Positions 38,448 through 47,141 of a stretch of 64,000 nucleotides of DNA are shown here, piece by piece. A program made the translations under genes and the position numbers. The stretch's first letter is position 1, and every line of letters starts with the position of its first letter. This DNA is from an archaeon (GTDB lineage Archaea > Nanobdellota > Nanobdellia > SCGC-AAA011-G17 > GW2011-AR17). The DNA is taken from assembly GCA_018656555.1 (NCBI GenBank), contig JABHZQ010000024.1, forward strand, positions 4,577-68,576, read 5' to 3'. The notes under the pieces were generated by a model. The model did not search any database. It was not told the origin of the DNA and saw only the letters and a list, made by a program, of their open reading frames with translations.

Positions 38448-38639
38448 TTATTTTAGTAAATCTTGACATGATTTACAATTAGATTGAAGCAAAAAAACAA
38501 GACCGAACAACAAAAAGACAGCAGTCCACCAATTTATGCCCCAAAAAGTCCACAATCCTAAATCAGCTAAAAGAAAGGCAATACCAAAAAGAATTGCCAC
38601 TCCAGCTGTTAACATTGCACATTTTTTACATAATAACAT
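38448..38639 (-). CDS. Small 2-TM protein with terminal CxxC motifs
   Basis: CKKC...CKSC flanking two TM segments. Confidence 0.65.
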   Translation of the reverse strand: MLLCKKCAMLTAGVAILFGIAFLLADLGLWTFWGINWWTAVFLLFGLVFLLQSNCKSCQDLLK

Positions 38640-38680
38640 TTTATTATTAGAAAAACATAATCTTATTTATTTCTTTCTAT

Positions 38681-38947
38681 TCAAGGAAACTCAGTTCTTT
38701 TAACCCAAAGAGGTAATACTATAAAATGATGAATTGCATCAGAAAAAAACAAAGAAAGCCCAATTATCAGTACAATATCTAATGTAATATAAAAATAGAA
38801 AAAACAAATAAAAATTCCAACATACATATGGTGCATATGACCAACCTTTTTACCTTTATGTCTCTGCTTCCAAGAACCAAAACCAATTCTTCCAATAATT
38901 GTCCCTAACTCAATCGCAAGAGTTAGTAAAATTACAAAACCCCACAT
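38681..38947 (-). CDS. Small membrane protein with His motifs
   Basis: HMHH..G and SDAIHH. Confidence 0.65.
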   Translation of the reverse strand: MWGFVILLTLAIELGTIIGRIGFGSWKQRHKGKKVGHMHHMYVGIFICFFYFYITLDIVLIIGLSLFFSDAIHHFIVLPLWVKRTEFP

Positions 38948-39184
38948 CTAATCTTCCTCTTTTTTACCATTAACTTTTGTTTCAGCCTTACCAACATAGT
39001 AGATAACAACTACAGCTACAATAGTGACAACAATTGCATAAATAATCATCCCTATAATATTTGCAGTACTATCAAAGAAATGTGCAAAGATTGCTTTGAT
39101 TGTATCATTCCAGGCAAGAGCAGCAACAAGACCAAAAGCAGCTGTTAACAAAGCAGCTAATTTTTCAATAATTGCCTTTTTCAT
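38948..39184 (-). CDS. DUF5654-like small membrane protein
   Basis: TAAFGLVAALAWNDTIK..YAIVVT. Confidence 0.8.
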   Translation of the reverse strand: MKKAIIEKLAALLTAAFGLVAALAWNDTIKAIFAHFFDSTANIIGMIIYAIVVTIVAVVVIYYVGKAETKVNGKKEED

Positions 39185-39259
39185 AGATTAATCCAAGATT
39201 AATTACTATAAAAACCTTCTCAAAAAATTTATAAAGCTTCTAGCCTTGTATATTTTACA

Positions 39260-39862
39260 ATGGTATCATTGAACTTTACGGATGCACTGGCTGTTATCAA
39301 ACCATTATTCTTTTTTATAATCGGAATGGTAATCTATACTGTATTTGTTTTTAAGTTCTATAAGTTCATTGCAAGAAAGGATATCTTTGAATTAAATTTA
39401 AATCAATATAATTCAGCTGAACAAGGTTTGTTTAAACAAGCAATAAGTGTATTCTTTTACATCATAGAATATATATTAATATTCCCTATCTTTGTATTCT
39501 TTTGGTTTGGCATTTTAACAATCCTTTTAGCATTCCTAGCAGAAGGTCAACCACTAACTGCAATCCTTTTAGTATCCATGGCTTTGATTGGTACAGTAAG
39601 AGTAGCAGCTTACTATAGTGAAGACCTTTCAAGGGATGTGGCAAAAATGTTACCCTTTGCTCTATTGGGTGTGTTTCTAATCAACATAACCAATTTTTCA
39701 TACATAGCTGCTTTTGAATTACTTAGTGATCTTCCTTCACACTGGGAAATAATTCCTTATTATTTAATTTTCATAATACTTCTAGAATTTATTCTAAGAA
39801 TAATAACTCTTCTAGCTGGTTGGATTATTCCAAATGAAGAACCTGAACCAGAAGAAATGTAA
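39260..39862 (+). CDS. Conserved multi-TM protein
   Basis: FYKFIARKDIF; RVAAYYSEDLSRDVAKMLPF. Confidence 0.75.
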   Translation: MVSLNFTDALAVIKPLFFFIIGMVIYTVFVFKFYKFIARKDIFELNLNQYNSAEQGLFKQAISVFFYIIEYILIFPIFVFFWFGILTILLAFLAEGQPLTAILLVSMALIGTVRVAAYYSEDLSRDVAKMLPFALLGVFLINITNFSYIAAFELLSDLPSHWEIIPYYLIFIILLEFILRIITLLAGWIIPNEEPEPEEM

Positions 39863-39863
39863 A

Positions 39864-40048
39864 TGCGCGGGACAGGTCTTTCGTAAAACTTTTTGATTAA
39901 ACTTTTTAAAAAGTTTATTTCGAACCTGCGTAGGCACTAAGCCACTGGATATCTTACTTTAGATAGACAGGTTGTCATCTATGGTCTTGAGTTTAGCCAA
40001 GTATTGGTATATACTTACCAGCCCGTTTGACCACTCCGGCACCCGCGC
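39864..40048 (-). tRNA. tRNA-Leu(CAA) with three introns (39993-40017 at 30/31; 39951-39985 at 37/38; 39878-39918 at 59/60)
   Basis: GCGCGGG/CCCGCGC acceptor; removing 25+35+41 nt gives an 84-nt cloverleaf with CTGGA-CT-CAA-GA-TCCAG and a TTCGAAA T-loop; BHB-type junctions. Confidence 0.88.
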
Positions 40049-40088
40049 ATAAACTATCAAGAAAAAATATGTCTTTATAAAAGTTCCT

Positions 40089-40652
40089 CTAAGTGAATGT
40101 AGTCTTATCTGAAAGATCAATCACAACATCACACAATTGAGACAATTCATTAATAATTTTCTTATTTGTATGTTCATGTATTCCTAAAATAATCCCATTC
40201 TTACTATGATTTCTCAATTTAGTTATCAAGAAGTGTGTAAACTTAATCGCAGAGTCTAAACCATTATACAATGCAAGAGTATTCAATGAATCAAGATAAA
40301 CAAATGATAGTTCCTCCTTAGCAACTAATGAACTTAAAGCAATACCCAACCTTGTCAAACTATTTTCAGTACCAATAAAGATACAATTCCCTATATCTTC
40401 TTCCTCTCTTTTAGTAACACAATCAACAAAAAATAATCTAGAAGTATCTACATCTTTTCTTTGTAAGGTAGTTACTAAATTATTAAATGGCCTATTCAAA
40501 GAAATATATGTCCCTCTATGTCCTGGATTAATCTCCAACCAGTGCTTAACCATAAACATGTTAATCTCTTGATAATGTTCAGTTGGAATAATGGTCAAGA
40601 TAACAGAATCAGGAGGAATACCTTCTAACTTGCTTTTAATTAGCTCAATCAT
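40089..40652 (-). CDS. Inactive KaiC/RecA-fold protein (DUF835-like, no Walker A)
   Basis: YISLNRP, LFFVDC, VYLDSLNTL, LSQLCDVVI. Confidence 0.7.
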   Translation of the reverse strand: MIELIKSKLEGIPPDSVILTIIPTEHYQEINMFMVKHWLEINPGHRGTYISLNRPFNNLVTTLQRKDVDTSRLFFVDCVTKREEEDIGNCIFIGTENSLTRLGIALSSLVAKEELSFVYLDSLNTLALYNGLDSAIKFTHFLITKLRNHSKNGIILGIHEHTNKKIINELSQLCDVVIDLSDKTTFT

Positions 40653-40731
40653 ATCTAATCTAAACCATACTCTATTTAAAATCTTTTTGATTTTCGAAAG
40701 CTTTATATTTATTTAAATAGTTAGTATAAAC

Positions 40732-41883
40732 ATGAATTTTGAAAAGAGGATTGTTATAGCTTTTAGTATAATTCTTGTCTTGATAGTCGGTCTTTCATTC
40801 TTAGATGGGTTTACAGGGTTTGTGGTGAATAGTTATGGTGGGGCTGTAGAATACCAAGATGCATTACCTGGAAACACAATCAAAGGAGATTTACTAGTTA
40901 ATGTAGAAGGAGAAGGGATAATCAAAGAGGTTGTTGATGTTACTGGAGAGGTTGCAGATTGGGTAATACTTGAAGATACTAACTACATCTTTGTTCCAAA
41001 TGTAGACAATAAAATCCCTTACAAAATTGTAGTACCTGAAGACGTTGAACCTGGAACTTACAAATTAAGATTCTCTGTAAGGTCTGTTCAAGATTTTGAA
41101 AAAGAGTCTATTCTTTCCAATCAAGTTGTGTCTAGCTTAGATGTATTAATCAGTATAGGTGAAGAAGAAGAAAATAGATTTACAATTAAGGAATTTGAAG
41201 TTTATGATTTTGAAGAAACAAACCAACTTGATTTCTTGTTAGAGATAGAAAATAAAGGGAATAATGAAGAAGACTTAGAAATAAGTGTGATCCTAACAGA
41301 TTTAGAAGGAAACTACCTAACTGAAAAGAGATTTAGTGGAAAAATGTATGCTTTTGAAACTCAAGAGATAAAGTATGGATTTGCTCCAGAACTTGAAGCT
41401 GGAGATTATATCGCAGAGGCTTATGTTCAAGTAGGTGATTTAAGAAAAAAAGAAACATCATTTTTCAAAGTTTACAAAGATGGACAAATGATTAAAAAAG
41501 CATCAATCTTAGGTACTGGAATCTATGTAAAAAATGAGGAAGTGTTTGTCACAACAATTGTTAAAAATACTGGAGAGAGTGTCTTAGAACTATCTCTAAC
41601 TGGAACAATAGAAGGAAGAGAAACACAAACAAGTACAGAGAGAATACATCCTGGAGATTATGAAACATTTGAGTATCAATATGGTGCATTTGAAGCAGGA
41701 GACTACCTTCTAACAACAGAAATACTCGCTCATTCTGTGGTTTTAGGAGATCAACTAACAAATTTATATGTTTCAGATGAAGGTGTAGTAACTTTAGAAA
41801 TAGGGTTTATCGGAATATTAATATTAATTATTATCTCTCTAATCTCTTCCCATTTTTTATTAAAGAAGAGGTTAAAAAAATGA
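40732..41883 (+). CDS. Ig-like surface protein with N- and C-terminal TM segments
   Basis: Signal-anchor followed by FTGFVV; beta-rich repeats (N.GN/NTGE, AGDY); C-terminal TM plus basic tail. Confidence 0.8.
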   Translation: MNFEKRIVIAFSIILVLIVGLSFLDGFTGFVVNSYGGAVEYQDALPGNTIKGDLLVNVEGEGIIKEVVDVTGEVADWVILEDTNYIFVPNVDNKIPYKIVVPEDVEPGTYKLRFSVRSVQDFEKESILSNQVVSSLDVLISIGEEEENRFTIKEFEVYDFEETNQLDFLLEIENKGNNEEDLEISVILTDLEGNYLTEKRFSGKMYAFETQEIKYGFAPELEAGDYIAEAYVQVGDLRKKETSFFKVYKDGQMIKKASILGTGIYVKNEEVFVTTIVKNTGESVLELSLTGTIEGRETQTSTERIHPGDYETFEYQYGAFEAGDYLLTTEILAHSVVLGDQLTNLYVSDEGVVTLEIGFIGILILIIISLISSHFLLKKRLKK

Positions 41884-41999
41884 ATGACCTATTTATGTTG
41901 GGGGTTGGATTGGGAACATCAGCATTAGGAACTATTTTTCTTGTCTATGCAAGAATAATAAAGAAAAAACTAAGAAGAAGAGTTCTACGGGGTGATTAA
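41880..41999 (+). CDS. 39-aa single-TM microprotein
   Basis: MNDLFMLGVGLGTSALGTIFLVYARIIKKKLRRRVLRGD; overlaps both neighbouring genes; not in the ORF track. Confidence 0.65.
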   Translation: MNDLFMLGVGLGTSALGTIFLVYARIIKKKLRRRVLRGD

Positions 42000-42558
42000 T
42001 ATTAAAAAATTGATAGTACTCTTAATAACATTTCTTGTTACCATTGTAGCTATATTTGTAGCATTACCAAGTGCAGTCAATTTACTTGGGTTCTCAGGAG
42101 AACAATTCTTTGGTGGGGAATTATGGCGAATTCTAACTTTTCCATTAACTCACGCTACTAGTGCACATCTAATTGAAAATGTTGTGGCTTTATTCATAGT
42201 CTCTCTCTTAATGCTAGAATTTAAATTAAGTACAAAGGATACAGCATACCTCTTCATGGGCTCTTCTGTGTTAGTTGCATTTGTTGTTGGACTAATTTTA
42301 CCCTCTGTGATTATAGTTGGTGCATCATTAGGACTTTATGCTTTGTATGGGGGGTTAACAATAAGGGGGAAAGAATATGTGCCATTATACATAACTTGGG
42401 GTTTAATAGGAATAGTAATCTTTTTAAATTTCGTTTACTGCATTAAGTATGGGACTGGTTTGGAACAACCCATATTTCACACTATTGGGTTTGTAGCGGG
42501 TGTTACATTTTTAGGTGTAAAAGATAAATTAAAAAGAAAAAAGAGGATCTTTAAATGA
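41992..42558 (+). CDS. Rhomboid-family intramembrane serine protease
   Basis: GELWRILT..H..HLIEN, VGAS (catalytic Ser), FHTIGFVAG (catalytic His). Confidence 0.88.
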   Translation: MINIKKLIVLLITFLVTIVAIFVALPSAVNLLGFSGEQFFGGELWRILTFPLTHATSAHLIENVVALFIVSLLMLEFKLSTKDTAYLFMGSSVLVAFVVGLILPSVIIVGASLGLYALYGGLTIRGKEYVPLYITWGLIGIVIFLNFVYCIKYGTGLEQPIFHTIGFVAGVTFLGVKDKLKRKKRIFK

Positions 42559-43295
42559 AAAAAGTAAGTGTCGGAGTAAAGGGTGTTGATGCACTCTTAT
42601 TTGGTGGATTTCCCGAGAGAAAAAGTATTTTAGTTACTGGAAATTGTGGTACTGGAAAAACAATTTTTGCATCACATTTCATGAACTATGGTGGAGGTGT
42701 TTACATTTCTTTTGAACAAGATAAAGAAAAATTATTTGGTGATTTAAAAGAAATAGGAATAGATTTTAAAAAATTAGAAGATCAAGATAAGTTAAGGGTT
42801 TTGGGTGGAAATTTAGTTGGAATACAAAAACTAAAAGAAAAAAGAAGAGCAAGTGCTGAAGATATAATTGAAGAAATTCTAGAGGTTGTTGAAGAAATTG
42901 GTGCAAAAAGAGTGGTTATTGACTCAATCAACCTATTCCTTATGTTATTTGATACTGATAAAGAAAGAAGAAACGTACTCTATGAATTAAATTATGCTCT
43001 ACAACAGGTTGGCTGTACAATTGTAATGACTTGTGAACTTCCTGAACACAGTCAAAAATTAAGTTGGTTTGGATTTGAAGAATTTATAGCTGATGGTGTA
43101 GTTGTACTAAAAAGAGATTATAAAAAAGATTTAAATTTAAACAAAAGGTACTTAGAGATAGTAAAATTAAGAGGGAGTGATTTCAAGGAAGGAAATTTTC
43201 CATTAAGAATTACTAATGAAGGTCTTAAGGTTTATATGAATGATCCAAATGATGAATTTTTTTACAATGAGGTGAAAGAAAATGGGAAAAGTTGA
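42555..43295 (+). CDS. Single-domain KaiC-like ATPase
   Basis: GNCGTGKT, YISFEQ, RVVIDSI, EEFIADGVV, VKLRG. Confidence 0.9.
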   Translation: MKKVSVGVKGVDALLFGGFPERKSILVTGNCGTGKTIFASHFMNYGGGVYISFEQDKEKLFGDLKEIGIDFKKLEDQDKLRVLGGNLVGIQKLKEKRRASAEDIIEEILEVVEEIGAKRVVIDSINLFLMLFDTDKERRNVLYELNYALQQVGCTIVMTCELPEHSQKLSWFGFEEFIADGVVVLKRDYKKDLNLNKRYLEIVKLRGSDFKEGNFPLRITNEGLKVYMNDPNDEFFYNEVKENGKS

Positions 43296-43980
43296 AAGAG
43301 TAGCTACAAATATTCCAGGTTTCGATAAAATGATAGATGGGGGGTTTGTAAAAAACTCACTAAATCTAGTTTCTGGAGGACCAGGAACAGGAAAGACCAT
43401 ATTTGCTATGCAATTTTTATTAGAAGGTGTGAAAGTAGGACAAAAAGGCCTATTTATTTCTTTTGAAGAAGAATTTGATAATCTAATGGGGGATGCAATG
43501 GTTTTTGGTTGGGATTTTAGAAAACTAGAGAAACAAGAAAAATGTTTTTTCTTCACCTGTAAACCTATGGAAGAACCAAATCTCCAAATGAAAATATCTG
43601 AGATTATCAAAGGAAACAAAATAACCAGAGTAGTAATAGATTCTATTTCTGTATTCGCAATGATGTTTAAGGAGGATGCATATAGAATTAGAAAAGAATT
43701 CTATAAACTAGCAGATTTCTTAAAAAAAATGGGGTGTACTGTTTTATTGACATCAGAGATCCCAGGAGAAGCACCTCTGGATATTTCATCTGGTGGAGGA
43801 TCATTGAGTAGAGATGGAATTATAGAGTTCATAGCAGACAGTATAATCACTGTACACAACTCAGGTATTGGTGGAGAAGGTGATCGAGCTATAAGAGTTC
43901 TAAAAATGAGAAGAACAGATCACACTAAAGGTCCAGTACCCATGAATATAACAAAAAAAGGAATGCAAATTCTAGATTAA
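43282..43980 (+). CDS. Single-domain KaiC-like ATPase
   Basis: GGPGTGKT, FISFEE, RVVIDSI, IEFIADSII, LKMRRT. Confidence 0.9.
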   Translation: MGKVERVATNIPGFDKMIDGGFVKNSLNLVSGGPGTGKTIFAMQFLLEGVKVGQKGLFISFEEEFDNLMGDAMVFGWDFRKLEKQEKCFFFTCKPMEEPNLQMKISEIIKGNKITRVVIDSISVFAMMFKEDAYRIRKEFYKLADFLKKMGCTVLLTSEIPGEAPLDISSGGGSLSRDGIIEFIADSIITVHNSGIGGEGDRAIRVLKMRRTDHTKGPVPMNITKKGMQILD

Positions 43981-44432
43981 TTTCTTATATCTTTTATTTT
44001 ATTCCAATCATCAACACCTAGAGACTGATCTTGCTCATCATTAACTTCTAAAGAGTCTAAGAACATATCTGTTTGTGGGCCTGTAGGTAGTATCTTTTTC
44101 ATTGTTAGCTTTAGGGCTTCACAGAAATCATTTGCTCTTTTCCTCTGTGGAAAATGGGCAGTCAATGCAACCGGAGCCTCTACCATTATTTCAAAAAATC
44201 CAGACTTCTTAAACATAAACCTTTCATAAGACTTCTCCCCAATAACATCCATTCCCAAATAAGAGATATCTTCTTTAAAATTTTTCTCAAGCAAGTTAAC
44301 AAACTTTTCAAGTTCTTTTTTTGCTCTATCTTGCTCTTTAAAATTGTCTTGTAAATTCTTTGTTGTCTTTATCACAAATGGCAGTTGCTCATTTATATCT
44401 AACGCCGATATGAAAATATGTTTTGTATTCAT
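43977..44432 (-). CDS. Hypothetical protein, last gene of the V4R-FIST operon
   Basis: ATGA overlap with the upstream gene. Confidence 0.7.
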   Translation of the reverse strand: MNTKHIFISALDINEQLPFVIKTTKNLQDNFKEQDRAKKELEKFVNLLEKNFKEDISYLGMDVIGEKSYERFMFKKSGFFEIMVEAPVALTAHFPQRKRANDFCEALKLTMKKILPTGPQTDMFLDSLEVNDEQDQSLGVDDWNKIKDIRN

Positions 44433-45766
44433 GCTTCAACACCTCTTAATTCTCTTTGCATATCAATTCCTTGATGCTCATCTCCTTCTACAAACATAGG
44501 AGACCTATTAACATGTAGGTGGTAAACTAATCCACCAAATGTTTCCTCTATTCTACCACTCTCTAATTGATCCCCTCTTGCAAAAACACTTCCAGCCATA
44601 TGTCTACTATATCTACCATCAGTATCTGCCATCATTGCCATCTGGGCCTTTCCTAAACCCTTTATTGCAGCATCAACATCTTCAAAAACAGTAATAGCTG
44701 TAATATAGGCTTCTGGAACAGGTCTCCAAAAAAATGGATTTGGTTTAACATTAAAAGCACCAGTACTCAATCTTAATACTACGCCTCTTTCAAAATCTAC
44801 AAGTTTCAATCTTTGATTTTCAGGATGTAAAAGACTTGTATTACCCCACATTAAACCCATATTTACCCTATCTCTTGCATCTCTTAAAACATCTCTTGCA
44901 AATAGACTTCCTGTTGTTCCTTCTTCTAAAATATTTCCATGAACTAGTGAATCATATTCCTCAATAACTGCAGCTGCTAATTTTGCATATTCTGCTTCAC
45001 CAATAACCACATAGTTTCTTGCAGCTAAACAAGAATCTGGTGCCATTATAGAATCTCTTAAATGCGGTAGAGCTGCTTCAACATCTAAAACTAAGGCCCT
45101 AGATCTATCTGCATGGAATTCTATCTTATGTTCCAATCTTAGATCAGTAGCCCCCATTAGAATAGGGCATTGAACTCTTTCCATAGCACCTAACAACTCT
45201 GGAGATTCTCTTTCAGTATCCCCATAAATAAGATGTACAAACTTACCCAAGTCTGGAACGCTTGCCATTACTTGAGTATAAATATCATAAGTTAACAAGG
45301 GTTCTCTACCACTAACTTTAATTGTTGTAGGAGAACCAGCTAAAACAGCATGAGCTAAGAAAAATAAAGGTTCCATTGGATCATTTGGGGGTAAGGAAAC
45401 AAAAGTAGTTTTACCTTTTCCATTAAAATCATATTGTCTTTTTAATCTTTGTACCATATCTAATCCATCTTGTAGTCTACTACCAATCCATGAAACTGGT
45501 TTTCCAGTCATTGCAGCATATGCTTGTAAAACCCGTTCAGAAACTTCATAATTCCCAAGCGCATCCAAGATATCAGATCTAGTTTCATCACTTGGTATTT
45601 CAGCCCTGTCCATAACATCACCCAGTCTTTGTCTTACATTTCCAGGAAATCTTGGAAGTTCAAATCCAACATTATAACCTCTATCTCTAAATGGTCCACT
45701 AACTTCAAAACTCTCTCCATTTATTCTTTCCCCACCAATCATATGATATAATTTCATTTTAAACAC
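44429..45766 (-). CDS. Divergent ALDH-fold acyl reductase (LuxC/EhpG-like)
   Basis: SLPPND (PxN), AVLAGSPTTIKVSGREP (IKxSxxEP), candidate catalytic Cys in APDSCLAAR. Confidence 0.65.
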   Translation of the reverse strand: MFKMKLYHMIGGERINGESFEVSGPFRDRGYNVGFELPRFPGNVRQRLGDVMDRAEIPSDETRSDILDALGNYEVSERVLQAYAAMTGKPVSWIGSRLQDGLDMVQRLKRQYDFNGKGKTTFVSLPPNDPMEPLFFLAHAVLAGSPTTIKVSGREPLLTYDIYTQVMASVPDLGKFVHLIYGDTERESPELLGAMERVQCPILMGATDLRLEHKIEFHADRSRALVLDVEAALPHLRDSIMAPDSCLAARNYVVIGEAEYAKLAAAVIEEYDSLVHGNILEEGTTGSLFARDVLRDARDRVNMGLMWGNTSLLHPENQRLKLVDFERGVVLRLSTGAFNVKPNPFFWRPVPEAYITAITVFEDVDAAIKGLGKAQMAMMADTDGRYSRHMAGSVFARGDQLESGRIEETFGGLVYHLHVNRSPMFVEGDEHQGIDMQRELRGVEA

Positions 45767-47141
45767 TCAGTGCATCAGCTGCACATGAATTACCTCCCAC
45801 AATACCTTTACTACTTGGAAATCTATGGATATTTAAGTAACCACCATCAGTTCTTGTTGTTAAATCCATAGCATTACCTAAATACATTGAACCTGTACCA
45901 TGTAATCCAAAAATACTCATTATTCCCTCTTCCCCAACAGCCACTTTTTGAACACCAGGATTTAAATATTTAAACACTAATCCTGCAGTTGGATAATGTA
46001 ATGAAGTTAAGTTATTAACATTTCCAGGAAAAATATGTCCAGAAGTTGCTAGGGCCATACATTCAGTAGACCCCCAAGTTGTTGAAACCACAATACCTGC
46101 ATTCTGTAACTCTTCATAAGCAAATTCGGGAACAGTATAACCTGTCAGGAAAGCATGCTGTACTTCATTAAATCTTTCTGGATCTTCTCTAAATATTCTC
46201 ATAAAAGATAGACCCATTCCTTTAGCACCACTTGCCCCTCCCTCTTCAACTGGTTGCACTGCTTCTATTATTGCAATATTATGATATTTAATATAAGACC
46301 TAATTCCTTCTCTTAGAGTTCCAGCAAATCTATCTGCAGCCTCAAAGTCTTTTCTATCACTAGCTTTTTTAAATTCAGAAACTGCAGTAGCATATTTTCT
46401 ACCTTGACTTCTAATCCAAGTAAAAATATCTTCTTTAGAATGGAATGGCATTCCCATAAGAGAGGCTGCTCTTTGTAATTGTAATCCACCTTTGTGAGTA
46501 GGTGCATACATACAAGCAATATGTTGTCCTTCTCTAAAACCATTCATATACAAACCCCTTACTAAGGCCCAAGTTTCCATCTCTACAGTTAGGTAAGATA
46601 GTTTTGTAAATGTAGAATCACCTTCACTAGCACCAGAACCAAAGACCAACATCCTATCTGCAAGTACATCTGGGCCACCATACCAATGTAGAATTTCTTC
46701 ATGATTAGGATTAGCTCTTTCTTGTCTTGCAATTAATTCTTGAATATTGCCTGGAACTAATAAGTCTGGATTTTTCAATAATGATTTTCTAAATCCTTGT
46801 AATCCATCTGTACCATTCCCTCCTGAACCTTCAATATCATCTTTTACAATAACAGGTAATTGATCAAATTGTTCAAGAGATTCAATTGTTCCAGGTTGAA
46901 CTCTAGACCACAAAGGATGATCTCTATAGTATTCAACCTCTTTAACTGCAGTAGTAATAACATTTCTTAAGACTCCACCTAAAACTCTATCTCTTTCACT
47001 AGGATCCATAAGATCCCATTCAGGAGACCCAGCTAAATGTACTGGAATATCTCTTGGGTCAATGTTATATTTGTCAGCCTGTCGTCTAAGAAAATCTTCT
47101 AATGTTCCTTTTCCTCTTAAATAAAATGGTAATTCATTCAT
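45759..47141 (-). CDS. Adenylate-forming acyl ligase (LuxE/PaaK/EhpF-like) lacking the C-terminal lid domain
   Basis: VEYYR..IESLEQFDQLPVIVKDD, P-loop GSGASEG, TWGSTE, terminal GNSC. Confidence 0.65.
   Translation of the reverse strand: MNELPFYLRGKGTLEDFLRRQADKYNIDPRDIPVHLAGSPEWDLMDPSERDRVLGGVLRNVITTAVKEVEYYRDHPLWSRVQPGTIESLEQFDQLPVIVKDDIEGSGGNGTDGLQGFRKSLLKNPDLLVPGNIQELIARQERANPNHEEILHWYGGPDVLADRMLVFGSGASEGDSTFTKLSYLTVEMETWALVRGLYMNGFREGQHIACMYAPTHKGGLQLQRAASLMGMPFHSKEDIFTWIRSQGRKYATAVSEFKKASDRKDFEAADRFAGTLREGIRSYIKYHNIAIIEAVQPVEEGGASGAKGMGLSFMRIFREDPERFNEVQHAFLTGYTVPEFAYEELQNAGIVVSTTWGSTECMALATSGHIFPGNVNNLTSLHYPTAGLVFKYLNPGVQKVAVGEEGIMSIFGLHGTGSMYLGNAMDLTTRTDGGYLNIHRFPSSKGIVGGNSCAADALSV

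Noticed and set aside
42555-43980. Circadian clock
   Set aside because: Single-domain ATPases, no kaiA or kaiB, no S/T phosphosites.
44429-47141. Bioluminescence operon
   Set aside because: No luxA, luxB or luxD; only divergent C- and E-like folds.
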